A DNA stretch of 64,000 nucleotides. It comes from an uncultured Candidatus Rokubacteria bacterium. GTDB lineage: Bacteria; Methylomirabilota; Methylomirabilia; Rokubacteriales; CSP1-6. The DNA is taken from positions 512,001-576,000 of the forward strand of contig CAVVEU010000040.1 in assembly GCA_963747235.1 (NCBI GenBank). The letters run 5' to 3'. Shown here one piece after another: positions 54,733 through 64,000 of the stretch. The position numbers and the translations under genes were made by a program. Each line of letters begins with the position of its first letter. Position 1 is the stretch's first letter. A model generated the notes under the pieces. That model did no database searches, was not told the origin of the DNA, and worked only from the letters and a program-made list of their open reading frames with translations.

Positions 54733-55945
54733 TCAGTGCGCCACGCTCGGCACCGCGACCCGGAACGGCGCCGGCGGCCGGAACGCGAACGCGATGGCCA
54801 CCGCCCCGAGGCCGATGCCGAAGGAGCCGACGAAGAGCCAGGCGTAGCTCCCGAACGAATCGTAGAGCACGCCGCCGAGCCAGGGCCCGAGGGCCATGCC
54901 CAGGGTGGACGCGAAGGCGACCGCGCCGAAGGTGGCGCCCATGATCCGCGCGCCGAAGTACTCGCGCACCACGATCGCGTAGAGCGGCATCACGCCGCCG
55001 TAGGCGAGGCCGAACATGAGGGCCAGCGCGTAGAAGCCGGCGAGCTCGCGGGTGACCAGGTAGAGGCCCACCGCGACCGCCTGGATGGCGAGCCCCACGA
55101 TCAGCACGCGCTTGGCCCCCAGCCGATCGGCCAGGAGGCCGCAGATCACGCGGCCGCTCAGGGAGGCCAGACCCGCCGCGCCCAGCACGGTGGTCGCGGC
55201 CATCGCGGAGATGCCGTGGTCGATCACGTTGGTGACCATGTGGAAGATCGGGCCCGAGTGCGCCGCGCAGCACGCGAAGTGGGTGAGCGCGATGGCCGCG
55301 AACTGCGGGGTGCGCAGGGCTTCCGCCACCGTGAATTCACGCGCCGCGACCGCGCCGGGCACGGGAGCCGCGGGCGCCGCCGCCGGCGGGTTGCGCACGA
55401 GCAGGGCGGCCGGGATGAGCAGGAGCCACGCGAGGTCGCCGATCACCAGCATCGCGACGCGCCAGTCGTAGTGGCGTGATGATCCAGCCCGCGAGGGGCG
55501 CCACCGTCATCGAGCCGAGGCCGAGCCCCGCCGAGACGAGCGCGACCGCGAGGCTTCGATGCTCGACGAACCACCGGGTCGTCGTCGCGGTCATCGGCGC
55601 GTAGAAGCTTCCGGCCGCGACGCCCACGATCACCCCGAACAGGAGCTGGAACTGGCCGAGGGTCGCCGCCCGGCTCGCGGCCACCAGGCCCGCCCCCAGC
55701 AGGATGCTGCCCGAGAGCACCACCACGCGGGTGCCGAACCGGTCGGAGAGCGCGCCCCAGAAGAACGACCCGACGCCCATGCAGAGGAAGTTCAGCATCG
55801 CGGCCAGCGAGATGCCGCTGCGGGACCACCCCATCGCCTCGGACATGGGCTGGAGAAACACCCCGAGCGAGAGCATCGAGCCGATCCCGACGCACGTCAT
55901 CACGATGCCGGCCGCCACAATGACCCAGCCGTAGAAGATCTTCAT
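54733..55945 (-). CDS. MFS transporter (frameshift near 55475)
   Basis: FYGWVIV, GALSDRFGTR, GLLADRLGAK, about 12 TM helices. Confidence 0.9.
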
Positions 55946-56031
55946 CGTGCCCCGAGGAGCCTACCACGGGCCGCCGGCTGAGGCTCGACCAGGTTGCCTT
56001 CCCGCGACAGGCCAAGGAAACATCGGTACCC

Positions 56032-56058
56032 TGTCGATTCAGGAGGCCGTCGAGCGAC
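56032..56058 (+). promoter_or_regulatory. Putative ECF42-dependent promoter
   Basis: TGTCGA-N17-CGAC upstream of the DGPF-DGPF-ECF operon. Confidence 0.55.
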
Positions 56059-56097
56059 CATCCGGTGGCGGCAGCCATCCGAAGTCGAGGAGGGGCC

Positions 56098-56451
56098 ATG
56101 AAGTACGTCTGCCTGGTCTATCTTGTGGAGACGGAGATGAACGCCCTGTCCAAGCGGGAGGCCGACGCGTGCACCGAGGAGAGCCTGTCCTACGACGAGG
56201 CCCTCCGCAGAAGCGGTCACCTCATCGCCGCCCAGGCCCTCCAGCCGGTCGAGACGGCCACCACCATCCGGGTGCGGAACGGCAAGCTGTCCACGACCGA
56301 CGGCCCCTTCGCCGAGACGAAGGAGCAGCTCGGCGGGTTCATCCTGATCGAGGCCCGGGACCTCAACGACGCCATCCAGGTGGCCGCGAAGATCCCGATG
56401 GGGCGCCGGGGCAGCATCGAGGTGCGACCAATCAAGGAGCTCAAGCGATGA
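56098..56451 (+). CDS. YciI/DGPF family protein
   Basis: [15 protein letters not shown]. Confidence 0.92.
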   Translation: MKYVCLVYLVETEMNALSKREADACTEESLSYDEALRRSGHLIAAQALQPVETATTIRVRNGKLSTTDGPFAETKEQLGGFILIEARDLNDAIQVAAKIPMGRRGSIEVRPIKELKR

Positions 56452-56804
56452 AGTTCATGTTCCTGATCTATCACGAGGAGAAGACGCTGGACACGATGCC
56501 CGACGGGGAGATGCAGCGCCTCGTGGACGCGGCGCTCGGCTACAGCGAGGAGCTGCGGCAGAGCGGCCACTTCATCGTGTCGAATGCGCTGCAGCGCGGG
56601 CGGACCGCCCGGACCATCCGGGTGCGCGGCGGCAAGGTGACCACCACCGACGGCCCCTTCGCCGAGACCAAGGAGCAGCTCGGCGGCTTCTTCCTCATCG
56701 AGGCCAAGGATCTGGACGAAGCGTGCGCGGTGGCCGCGCGGTTCCCGCCGGCCCGCATCGGGACCATCGAGGTGCGCCCGGTCCAGGAGCTGCGGCACTC
56801 CTAG
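56448..56804 (+). CDS. YciI/DGPF family protein
   Basis: [15 protein letters not shown]; ATGA coupling with the previous gene. Confidence 0.92.
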   Translation: MKFMFLIYHEEKTLDTMPDGEMQRLVDAALGYSEELRQSGHFIVSNALQRGRTARTIRVRGGKVTTTDGPFAETKEQLGGFFLIEAKDLDEACAVAARFPPARIGTIEVRPVQELRHS

Positions 56805-56823
56805 CCGCGGCCCCGAACGTCTC

Positions 56824-58080
56824 ATGAGCGAGCCCCCGGGCGACGACCGCGCGCGCGAGGCGGTGGAGGCGGTCTACCGCTCGGACTCGCGCCGCGTCCT
56901 GGCCACCCTCATCCGTCTGCTCGGCGATTTCGACCTGGCGGAGGAGGCCCTGCACGAGGCCTTCGCGGCCGCGGTCGAGCAGTGGCCGCGGGAGGGCATG
57001 CCCGCCAATCCGCGGGCCTGGCTCGTCTCCACCGGGCGCTTCAAGGCCATCGACGCCATGCGCCGGCGGGCCCGGTTCGACGCCTCCCAGGCGGAGCTCG
57101 CCGAGCGGATCGAGGCCGAGACCGCCGGCCCCAGGCCGGGCGAGGCGGAGGACATCGTGGACGACCGGCTCCGCCTGATCTTCACGTGCTGCCACCCGGC
57201 CCTGCCCCCGGACGCCCAGGTCGCGCTGACCCTGCGCGAGGTCTGCGGTCTCACCACCGAGGAGATCGCGCGCGCCTTTCTCACCGCGCCCCCGACGCTC
57301 GCCCAGCGCATCGTGCGCGCCAAGGCGAAGATCCGAGACGCGCGCATCCCCTACGAGGTCCCGGCCCTGGCCGAGCTGCCGGCCCGCCTGGACACCGTCC
57401 TGCACGTGGTCTACCTGGTGTTCAACGAGGGCTACTCGGCGTCCTCGGGCGAGTCGCTGACGCGGGCCGATCTCTCGGGCGAGGCCATCCGCCTGGGACG
57501 GCTGCTCATCGAGCTGCTGCCGGAGCCCGAGGCCGTCGGCCTGCTGGCGCTGATGCTGCTCCACGAGTCGCGCCGCCCCGCGCGCACCTCCCCCACCGGC
57601 GAGCTGATCCTGCTGGACGACCAGGACCGCTCGCTCTGGAGCCGCGCGCAGATCGCGGAGGGCACCGGGCTGGTGGAGCGGGCGCTCGCCTCGCGCCGGA
57701 TCGGCCCGTACACGCTCCAGGCCGCGATCGCGGCGGTGCACGCGGAGGCGCCCGCCGCCGCCCTGACCGACTGGGGCCAGATCGTCGGGCTCTACGACGT
57801 GCTGGTGCGGGCCGAGCCGTCGCCGGTGGTCGAGCTGAACCGCGCCGCCGCGGTGGCGATGCGCGACGGCCCCGCGGCGGGCCTGGCCCTCATCGACGCG
57901 ATCCTGGCGCGCGGCGACCTGGCGGACTACCCGCTGGCGCACTCGGCGCGGGCGGAGCTGTGCCGGCGCCTCGGGAAGACGGGCGACGCCCGCGCCTCCT
58001 ACGAGCGCGCGCTCGGCCTGACCCGGCAGGAGCCGCAGCGGCGCTTTCTCGAGCGCCGCCTGGCCGAGCTCCCGGACTGA
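56824..58080 (+). CDS. ECF sigma factor with C-terminal TPR extension (ECF42-like)
   Basis: [48 protein letters not shown]; adjacent DGPF genes. Confidence 0.93.
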   Translation: MSEPPGDDRAREAVEAVYRSDSRRVLATLIRLLGDFDLAEEALHEAFAAAVEQWPREGMPANPRAWLVSTGRFKAIDAMRRRARFDASQAELAERIEAETAGPRPGEAEDIVDDRLRLIFTCCHPALPPDAQVALTLREVCGLTTEEIARAFLTAPPTLAQRIVRAKAKIRDARIPYEVPALAELPARLDTVLHVVYLVFNEGYSASSGESLTRADLSGEAIRLGRLLIELLPEPEAVGLLALMLLHESRRPARTSPTGELILLDDQDRSLWSRAQIAEGTGLVERALASRRIGPYTLQAAIAAVHAEAPAAALTDWGQIVGLYDVLVRAEPSPVVELNRAAAVAMRDGPAAGLALIDAILARGDLADYPLAHSARAELCRRLGKTGDARASYERALGLTRQEPQRRFLERRLAELPD

Positions 58081-58156
58081 GGCGCGGCCCGCGGTTTGAC
58101 CACCCGGGGCTGATCTGGCAGGATCGCCTCACTCTCGCCGTCCCGGAGGCCATCCG

Positions 58157-59360
58157 ATGCGCATGCCGCTCGAAGACGTGAAGGTCCTCGACCTGAGCCA
58201 CGCCCTCGCGGGGCCCTTCTGCTCCACGATGCTGGCCGACTTCGGCGCCGAGGTCATCAAGCTCGAGCCGCGCGGCGCCGGCGACATCGCGCGCGCCTGG
58301 GGGCCGCCCCTGCCCGGCGGCGAGACCTCGTACTTCGTGAGCCTGCATCGCAACAAGAAGGGCATCGAGGTCGACCTGAAGCACCCGGAAGGCAAAGAGT
58401 CTCTTCTTTCAGCTGGTAGACAAATGCGACGTCGTGCTCGAGAACTATCGGGTGGGCGCGCTCGCCCGGCTCGGGCTGGGCTACGAGGCCGCGCGCGAGC
58501 GGAACCCCGGCATCATCTACTGCTCGGTCTCGGGCTTCGGCCAGGACGGCCCGTACCGCGACCGCGCCGCGCTCGACCTAATCGTCCAGTCCGAGAGCGG
58601 GATGATCAGCACCACCGGCGAGGCGGACGGCCACGGGGTGCGCTGCGGCGTCTCTATCGCCGACATGACCGCGGGGATGTACGCGGCCTTCGGCATCATG
58701 CTGGCCTTGCGCGTGAAGGAGCGGACCGGACGCGGCCAGGCCATCGACGTCTCGATGCTCGAGGGCCAGCTCTCGCTCCTCGGGAGCATGATCGGCGCCT
58801 ACTTCGCCGACGGCGAGCTGCCGCGGCCGATGGGCACCGCGTACAAGGCGCTCCTGCCCTACCAGACCTTCCGCACCAAGACACGGGACCTGGCCCTGGC
58901 CGTCGGCAGCGAGAAGCTCTGGAAGGTGTTCTGCCCCGTGATCGGCCGGCCCGAGCTGACCGACGATCCGCGCTATCGCACCAACGCCGACCGGGCGCGC
59001 AACCGCGACACGCTCATCCCCGCGCTGCAGGCGGCGTTCCTCACGCGGACGTACGAGGAATGGGAGCCGCTGCTGCTCGCGCAGGGCATTCCCATGGGCG
59101 CCATCAACACCATTCCCCAGGTGGTGGAGCACCCGCAGGTGATCGCGCGCGGGGCCCTGGTGGAGATGGACCATCCCCGCGCCGGCACCGTGCGCATGGT
59201 CGGCGCGCCGGTGCGCCTGTCGGAGACGCCGGGCTCGGTGCGCACGCCCGCCCCGCTGCTCGGCGAGCACACCGACGCGGTGCTGCGGGACTTGCTGGGC
59301 CTCGAGGCCGCCGAGATCGACACCTTGAGGGCCGGTGGCGTCATCGGCCCGAAGCAGTGA
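58157..59360 (+). CDS. CaiB/BaiF family CoA transferase (frameshift near 58400)
   Basis: VLDLS..LAGPFC..LADFGAEVIK, RNKK, ENYR.G, SGFGQDGP, PLLGEHT. Confidence 0.92.
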
Positions 59361-59368
59361 GCTGAGCC

Positions 59369-59752
59369 ATGAAGAAAGAAATCGTCCGGGCCACGCTGGC
59401 GCACGCGAATCCGAACCTGTCGGCCGCGACCCGGTTCGGCAACCTCGTCTTCGTGGCCGGCCAGACCGGACGGCATCCGGTCACCGGCGAGGTCGGGCGG
59501 GACATTCGCGAGCAGACCCGCAACACCCTCGAGCGCATCAAGGTCGTCCTCGCCGCGGCGGGCACCTCGCTCGACAATGTGCTCAGCGCGATGACGCACC
59601 TCACCCGGCGCGAGGACCTGGCGGCCTACAACGAGGAGTACGCGAGGTACTTCCCGGCCGACAAGCCCGCGCGGACCACCGTGACGGTCGCCTCGCTGAA
59701 CGCGCCCGAGCTGCTCGTGGAGATCACGGTCACCGCGTGCGTCCCCGACTGA
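59369..59752 (+). CDS. RidA family protein
   Basis: VFVAGQ, QTRNTLERI..VL..AGTSLDNV, PARTTV, VEI. Confidence 0.9.
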   Translation: MKKEIVRATLAHANPNLSAATRFGNLVFVAGQTGRHPVTGEVGRDIREQTRNTLERIKVVLAAAGTSLDNVLSAMTHLTRREDLAAYNEEYARYFPADKPARTTVTVASLNAPELLVEITVTACVPD

Positions 59753-59756
59753 CCGT

Positions 59757-60994
59757 CTACCGCTCGCGGGGGTGCCGCCAGGCCAGGCCCGTGCGGCGCG
59801 CGACGAGCACGAGGACGATCACCGCCACCAGCCCGCTCCCGCCGCCCAGCGCGCAGGCCGCGCGCACGCCCAGCCGCTCGGCAAGAAGGCCCATCAGGAC
59901 CGACCCGAACGGGGTCATGCCCGCGTTGGCGAGCGCGTAGAGCCCCATCACGCGCCCCCGCAGCGCGTCCGGCGTCTCGAGCTGCAGCGTGGTGTTGCAG
60001 CCCGTGGAGAACAGGATCTGGCAGCACCCGAGCGCGACGAGCAAGGCGGCCGCGGCGCCGAAATGCCCCACCAGGGCGAGCGAGGCGGTCCCCGCGCTGA
60101 GCACCGCCGCCGAGGCGGCCAGGAACCACAGCGAGGGCCGGCCCCGACGGAGCAGCGTCAACCCGATGCCCGCCATCACCGCGCCCGCGCCGAGCGAGGA
60201 CATGAGCAGGCCGAACCCGTGCGCGCCCTCGTCGAGCACGTCCTTCGCGATCAGCGGCACCACCACGTTGAAGTTCAGCACGAGCACGCTGACCACGACG
60301 ACCAGGGCGAGCGTGAACGCGGTGGACGGGGTGCGCGCCGCGTAGGCGAGCGCGCCCCCAGACGCCTTCGCGGATGCCGAGCCGTCCGGCCGGGTCCGGG
60401 TTCCCGGGCGTGCGGGTGGCGAGGAGCGCGGCCAGCACCGCGACGAAGCTCAGGCCGTTGAGGAAGAACGCCGGGCGCCACGCCGAACCCCGCGATGAGC
60501 AGGCCGGCGACGGCGGGCCCCACGATGCGCGCCCCGTTGAAGACCAGCGAGTTGAGCGCGACCGCATTGGGCAGATCGGCCCGCCCGACGAGATCCGTGA
60601 TGTAGGACTGGCGCGCCGGGATGTCCACCGCGCGCCCCAGGCCGTAGATCGCGGCCAGCACCGCCACGTGCCAGTACCGCACGTGGCCGCTCCAGACGAG
60701 CCCGGCCAGCACGAAGGCCTGCGCCATCATGACCGCCTGGGTCAGCAGGATGATGCGGCGCTTGGGAAAGCGGTCGCTCAGCGCGCCGCCCACCGGCGAG
60801 AGCAGCAGGATCGGCGTGAACTGCAGCGCGGTCACCAGCCCGAGCTGGAACGGCGAGCCGGTGAGCTCCAGCACGAGCCACGCCTGGCCCACGCTCTGCA
60901 TCCAGGTGCCGATCAGCGAGACGAGCTGGCCGCTCCAGAAGAGACGGAAGTCGCGGTGGCGAAGCGCGGCGAGGCGGGCCGGTCGGCCGCTCAC
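59757..60994 (-). CDS. MFS transporter (MFS_3/DUF894-like), frameshifted
   Basis: LRHRDFRLFWSGQLVSLIGTWMQ, PARQS, ARIVGPA, LRGRVMG. Confidence 0.88.
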
Positions 60995-61884
60995 CGCGCG
61001 GCGGCGGAGCGGGTGGCCGCGAGGCTCGTGGCGCGCTCGTGGAGCGCCGGCGCGCCGAGCCGCCCGGCCCAGGCCGCGAAGCCCGGGCGCGGCCCGACCC
61101 ACCGCAGCCCGTCCACGTCGGTGCCGATCGGCGCATCCGCGCGCAGCGTGGCCAGCGTCCGGAACAGCCGCGCGCGCTCGCCCTGCTCGGCGAGCGTCGC
61201 GGCCAGGCGCGCGGCGCCGCGCACCGCGACATCCCAGTCCGCCGCGCGCTCGGGAATCTGCTCGAGGTGCCCGTAACGGGCGAGCACCGTCGCGGCGGAC
61301 GTGGCGCCCCAGCCGGGCAGACCCGGGAAGCCGTCCGCGCTGTCGCCCACCAGGGCGAGCCAGTCCGGAATGGACGCGGGCGGGACGCCGAACTTCTTGA
61401 CCACGCCCGCCTCGTCGCGCTGCTCGCCGCGCCGCCGGTCGAGCTGGACCACCCGCTCGCCCCGCACGCACTGCGCGAGGTCCTTGTCCGGCGTGCAGAT
61501 CACGACCTGCTCCACCCGCGCATCGGCCGCCGCGAGCGCCGCCGCGGCGGCGAGGGCGTCGTCGGCCTCGAACTCGACCATGGGCCAGACGACCACGCCC
61601 AGCGCGCCGAGCGCTTCCTCGAGCGGCTCGAACTGCGCGTAGAGCAGCGGGTCCATGCCCTCGCCGGTCTTGTAGCCCGGCCAGAGCGCGTTCCGGAACG
61701 ACTCGATGACGTGATCGGTCGCCACGCCCAGGTGCGTCGCGCCGCCCTCGAGCATGCCCAGGATCGACGCGACGACGCCCCGCACCGCACGCAGCTCGGG
61801 CGGCGTGCTCCGATCGAACGCCGCCCCCGGCGAGAGGAAGTAGCGGAAGAGCTCGTAGGTGCCGTCCACGAGGTGCACGATCAC
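60991..61884 (-). CDS. Stand-alone 5'-3' exonuclease/flap endonuclease
   Basis: LVDGTYELFR, SFRN..WPGYK, EADD, DKDLAQ, GDSADG.PG.PGWG. Confidence 0.9.
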   Translation of the reverse strand: MIVHLVDGTYELFRYFLSPGAAFDRSTPPELRAVRGVVASILGMLEGGATHLGVATDHVIESFRNALWPGYKTGEGMDPLLYAQFEPLEEALGALGVVVWPMVEFEADDALAAAAALAAADARVEQVVICTPDKDLAQCVRGERVVQLDRRRGEQRDEAGVVKKFGVPPASIPDWLALVGDSADGFPGLPGWGATSAATVLARYGHLEQIPERAADWDVAVRGAARLAATLAEQGERARLFRTLATLRADAPIGTDVDGLRWVGPRPGFAAWAGRLGAPALHERATSLAATRSAAAR

Positions 61885-61937
61885 AGCCAGAACGATACGA
61901 CAGGGCCATGGCCGGACGCGGTAGAATCAACCCCGCC

Positions 61938-62820
61938 ATGAAGATCCGTATCGGGGTGGGCTCCGCGGGCGCGACCGCATCCATGGAGGCGATGGCCGAG
62001 CTGGTGGCCGGCCTCGACGAGTTCGGGTTCGACTCCCTCTGGCTCTCGGAGGTGCTGACCGGCCCGGTGCTCGATCCCGTCGTGGGCCTCGCCTGGGCCG
62101 CCGCGAGCAACCCGCGCCTGAAGGTCGGGACCACCATGCTGCTGCCGGGCCGCAATGTGCTGCGCCTGGCCAAGCAGCTCGCGAGCCTGGACCGGCTGTC
62201 CCAGGGCCGCCTGCTGGTGACACTGGTGCCCGGGCTCACCTTCTCGCCGGAGCGCGAGGCCATCGGGGTCGAGCCCAAGCAGCGCGGCGCCTTCATCGAC
62301 GAGGCCCTCCCGCTCCTGCGCCGCCTCTGGGCCGGCGAGACGGTGAGCCACGACGGGCCCGCCGGGACTCTCCGGGACGTCAAGCTCTCGCCCGCTGCCC
62401 GTGCAGCAGCCGCTCGAGGTGTGGCTGGGCGGCACGCTGCCGGCCGCGCTCGAGCGCTGCGGCCGGCTGTCGGATGGCTGGCTGCCCTCGCTGTGCACGC
62501 CCGCGGAAGCGGCGGCGGGCCGCGTCGTGATCGAGGACGCGGCGGCGCGCGCCGGCCGCTCGATCAGCGGCGAGCACTTCGGCATGAGCGTCGGCTACGC
62601 CACCGCGCCGATCGATCCGGCCACCGCGCGCGCGATGGCCGCGCGGCGGCCCCGCTCGGTCGAGCTGACGCCGGTGGGGCTGCCCGCGCTGCGCACGCTC
62701 CTCGAGCAGTTCATCGCGGTGGGCTTCTCGAAGTTCGTGGTGCGGCCGCTGGTCACGCCGAAATCGTGGCGCGCCGAGCTCGGGGCCCTGGCCGACGCGG
62801 TCGGCGATCTGCAGACCTGA
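61938..62820 (+). CDS. LLM class oxidoreductase (frameshift near 62390)
   Basis: GFDSLWLSE, LAKQLASLDRLSQGRL, VWLGG, DGWLPS. Confidence 0.85.
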
Positions 62821-62822
62821 GC

Positions 62823-63005
62823 ATGATCCGAGCGGTCGACATCACGGCCGAGCTGGCCGGATTCCCGGTCCTGCGCGGGCGCAGCCGCAGTACGCCCGCC
62901 GCGGAGGTCCAGGCCGCGTTCACGGTGCTGGCCCCGTTCCGCGACGGCAGCGTCTTCGCGGGCCGCTTCTCCGGGGAGAGAGACTCACCGTCGCCGCAGC
63001 CATGA
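62823..63005 (+). pseudogene. Probable truncated N-terminus of a cupin-like protein
   Basis: MIRAVDI...LAPFRDGSVFAGRFSGE, then an abrupt change in composition and a stop. Confidence 0.4.
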
Positions 63006-63226
63006 GACATTTGTGGTGGGTCATCCCCTTCGTCACCGTCCTGGTGGCGATCCGGGTCTGGTGGGCAGGGCCAGGGGATGTCGCGGTTCTGGTGATTCTC
63101 GTATGTGGGCTCGCGGGCCTCGCCTATCTCGTCATGCGCAATCGGGCGCCAATGCCGCCTCTCCGGGGCGACCAGGAACGGGACACACGCGACGTCGAGC
63201 GAGACATCCCCCCACCACCAGGCTGA
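63002..63226 (+). CDS. Small 2-TM hypothetical membrane protein
   Basis: 74 aa, two hydrophobic helices, lower GC than flanking genes. Confidence 0.5.
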   Translation: MRHLWWVIPFVTVLVAIRVWWAGPGDVAVLVILVCGLAGLAYLVMRNRAPMPPLRGDQERDTRDVERDIPPPPG

Positions 63227-63248
63227 CCCACTACCGCGCGGCCCGCCC

Positions 63249-64000
63249 TCAGCCGGGCGGTTGCGTTTCCTTCACGCGCGCGTACCTGGCCGGGGTCACC
63301 CCGTAGGCCGATTTGAACATGCGCGTGAAGTGCGCCTGGTCGGCAAAGCCCGCCGCCAGCGCCAGGTCCGCCAGCGGCGTCCCCGCGCGTAGCCGGCTCC
63401 GCGCGAAGTCGAGCCGGCGCAGGAGCGAGTAGCGGTACGGACTCGTCCCGTAGCGGACCCGGAACTGGCGGGCCAGCTCGTAGCGGCTCAGGCCCGTGAC
63501 CGCCTCGAGCTCGGTCGAGCGCACGATGGCGCGCCGGCCGTCCAGGAAGGCGCGGGCCCGGTCGAGCGCACCCTGGTCGACGCGCGGCGCCCCGGTGGGC
63601 GCGCCGTCCGCATCGCTCTCGATGAGGCCTTCCGCCAGACGGAGCACCAGGGCATCGAGCGCCAGCGGCTCCGCGGGGGCCTGGAACGCGGCCGTGACCG
63701 CGCGCGCCAGCGTCGGGTTCCGCGAGACGGGCTCCCGCGCGAACGGCAGCGGCGCCGGCCGACCCCGGATCGCGTGGACCGCCGCGGCGATGCGGGCCGG
63801 CTCGACGTAGACGATCCGGTAGCCGAAGCCGTTCTCGCCCCCGGCGCGCCCGTCGTGCGTCTCGTCGGGGTGGAGCACGACCACGTCGCCCGGCACGCAG
63901 CGCTCGACGCGCCCGCGGTAGTCGAACATCTGGACGCCGGCCTCGGTGACGCCGATCGCGTAGGTGTCGTGGCGATGCGGGGCGAAGGCGCGCCCGCGGA
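63249..64000 (-). CDS. AraC family transcriptional regulator (5' end outside the window)
   Basis: HRHDTY cupin, HPDETHDG, HTH GLSRYELARQF, GFADQAHFTRMFK.YGVTP. Confidence 0.93.
   Translation of the reverse strand, partial: RGRAFAPHRHDTYAIGVTEAGVQMFDYRGRVERCVPGDVVVLHPDETHDGRAGGENGFGYRIVYVEPARIAAAVHAIRGRPAPLPFAREPVSRNPTLARAVTAAFQAPAEPLALDALVLRLAEGLIESDADGAPTGAPRVDQGALDRARAFLDGRRAIVRSTELEAVTGLSRYELARQFRVRYGTSPYRYSLLRRLDFARSRLRAGTPLADLALAAGFADQAHFTRMFKSAYGVTPARYARVKETQPPG

Overview
A very GC-rich (roughly 70%+ by eye), gene-dense chromosomal segment of a soil-type heterotrophic bacterium. The gene mix (orphan ABC substrate-binding protein, four LLM oxidoreductases, Liv-type ABC system, Uma2 nuclease, Mo-hydroxylase, ECF42/YciI cluster) suggests Candidatus Rokubacteria/Methylomirabilota, but this is inference. 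About 20 genes carry single-base frameshifts typical of an unpolished long-read assembly, worst in the RND permease (44.7-47.7 kb); these are treated as intact genes with sequencing errors. Housekeeping and catabolic content includes ahcY with a clear SAH riboswitch, pgm, an IclR/amidohydrolase/DUF35/thiolase operon, a PQQ-type sugar dehydrogenase with a di-heme cytochrome c, an S9 peptidase, a CoxM plus fused CoxS-L molybdoenzyme, a copper amine oxidase and an RND efflux pair. No rRNA, tRNA, CRISPR array, transposase or integrase was seen. Most notable signals: (1) a Uma2 nuclease gene bracketed by a perfect 22-bp inverted pair of REP-like hairpins; (2) a ~38-bp repeat present once between genes and once inside an in-frame insertion in the coxM-like gene; (3) an orphan UreE-like gene coupled to an uncharacterised Cys/His protein; (4) a DinB plus nickel-permease pair bounded by an exact 16-bp direct repeat.
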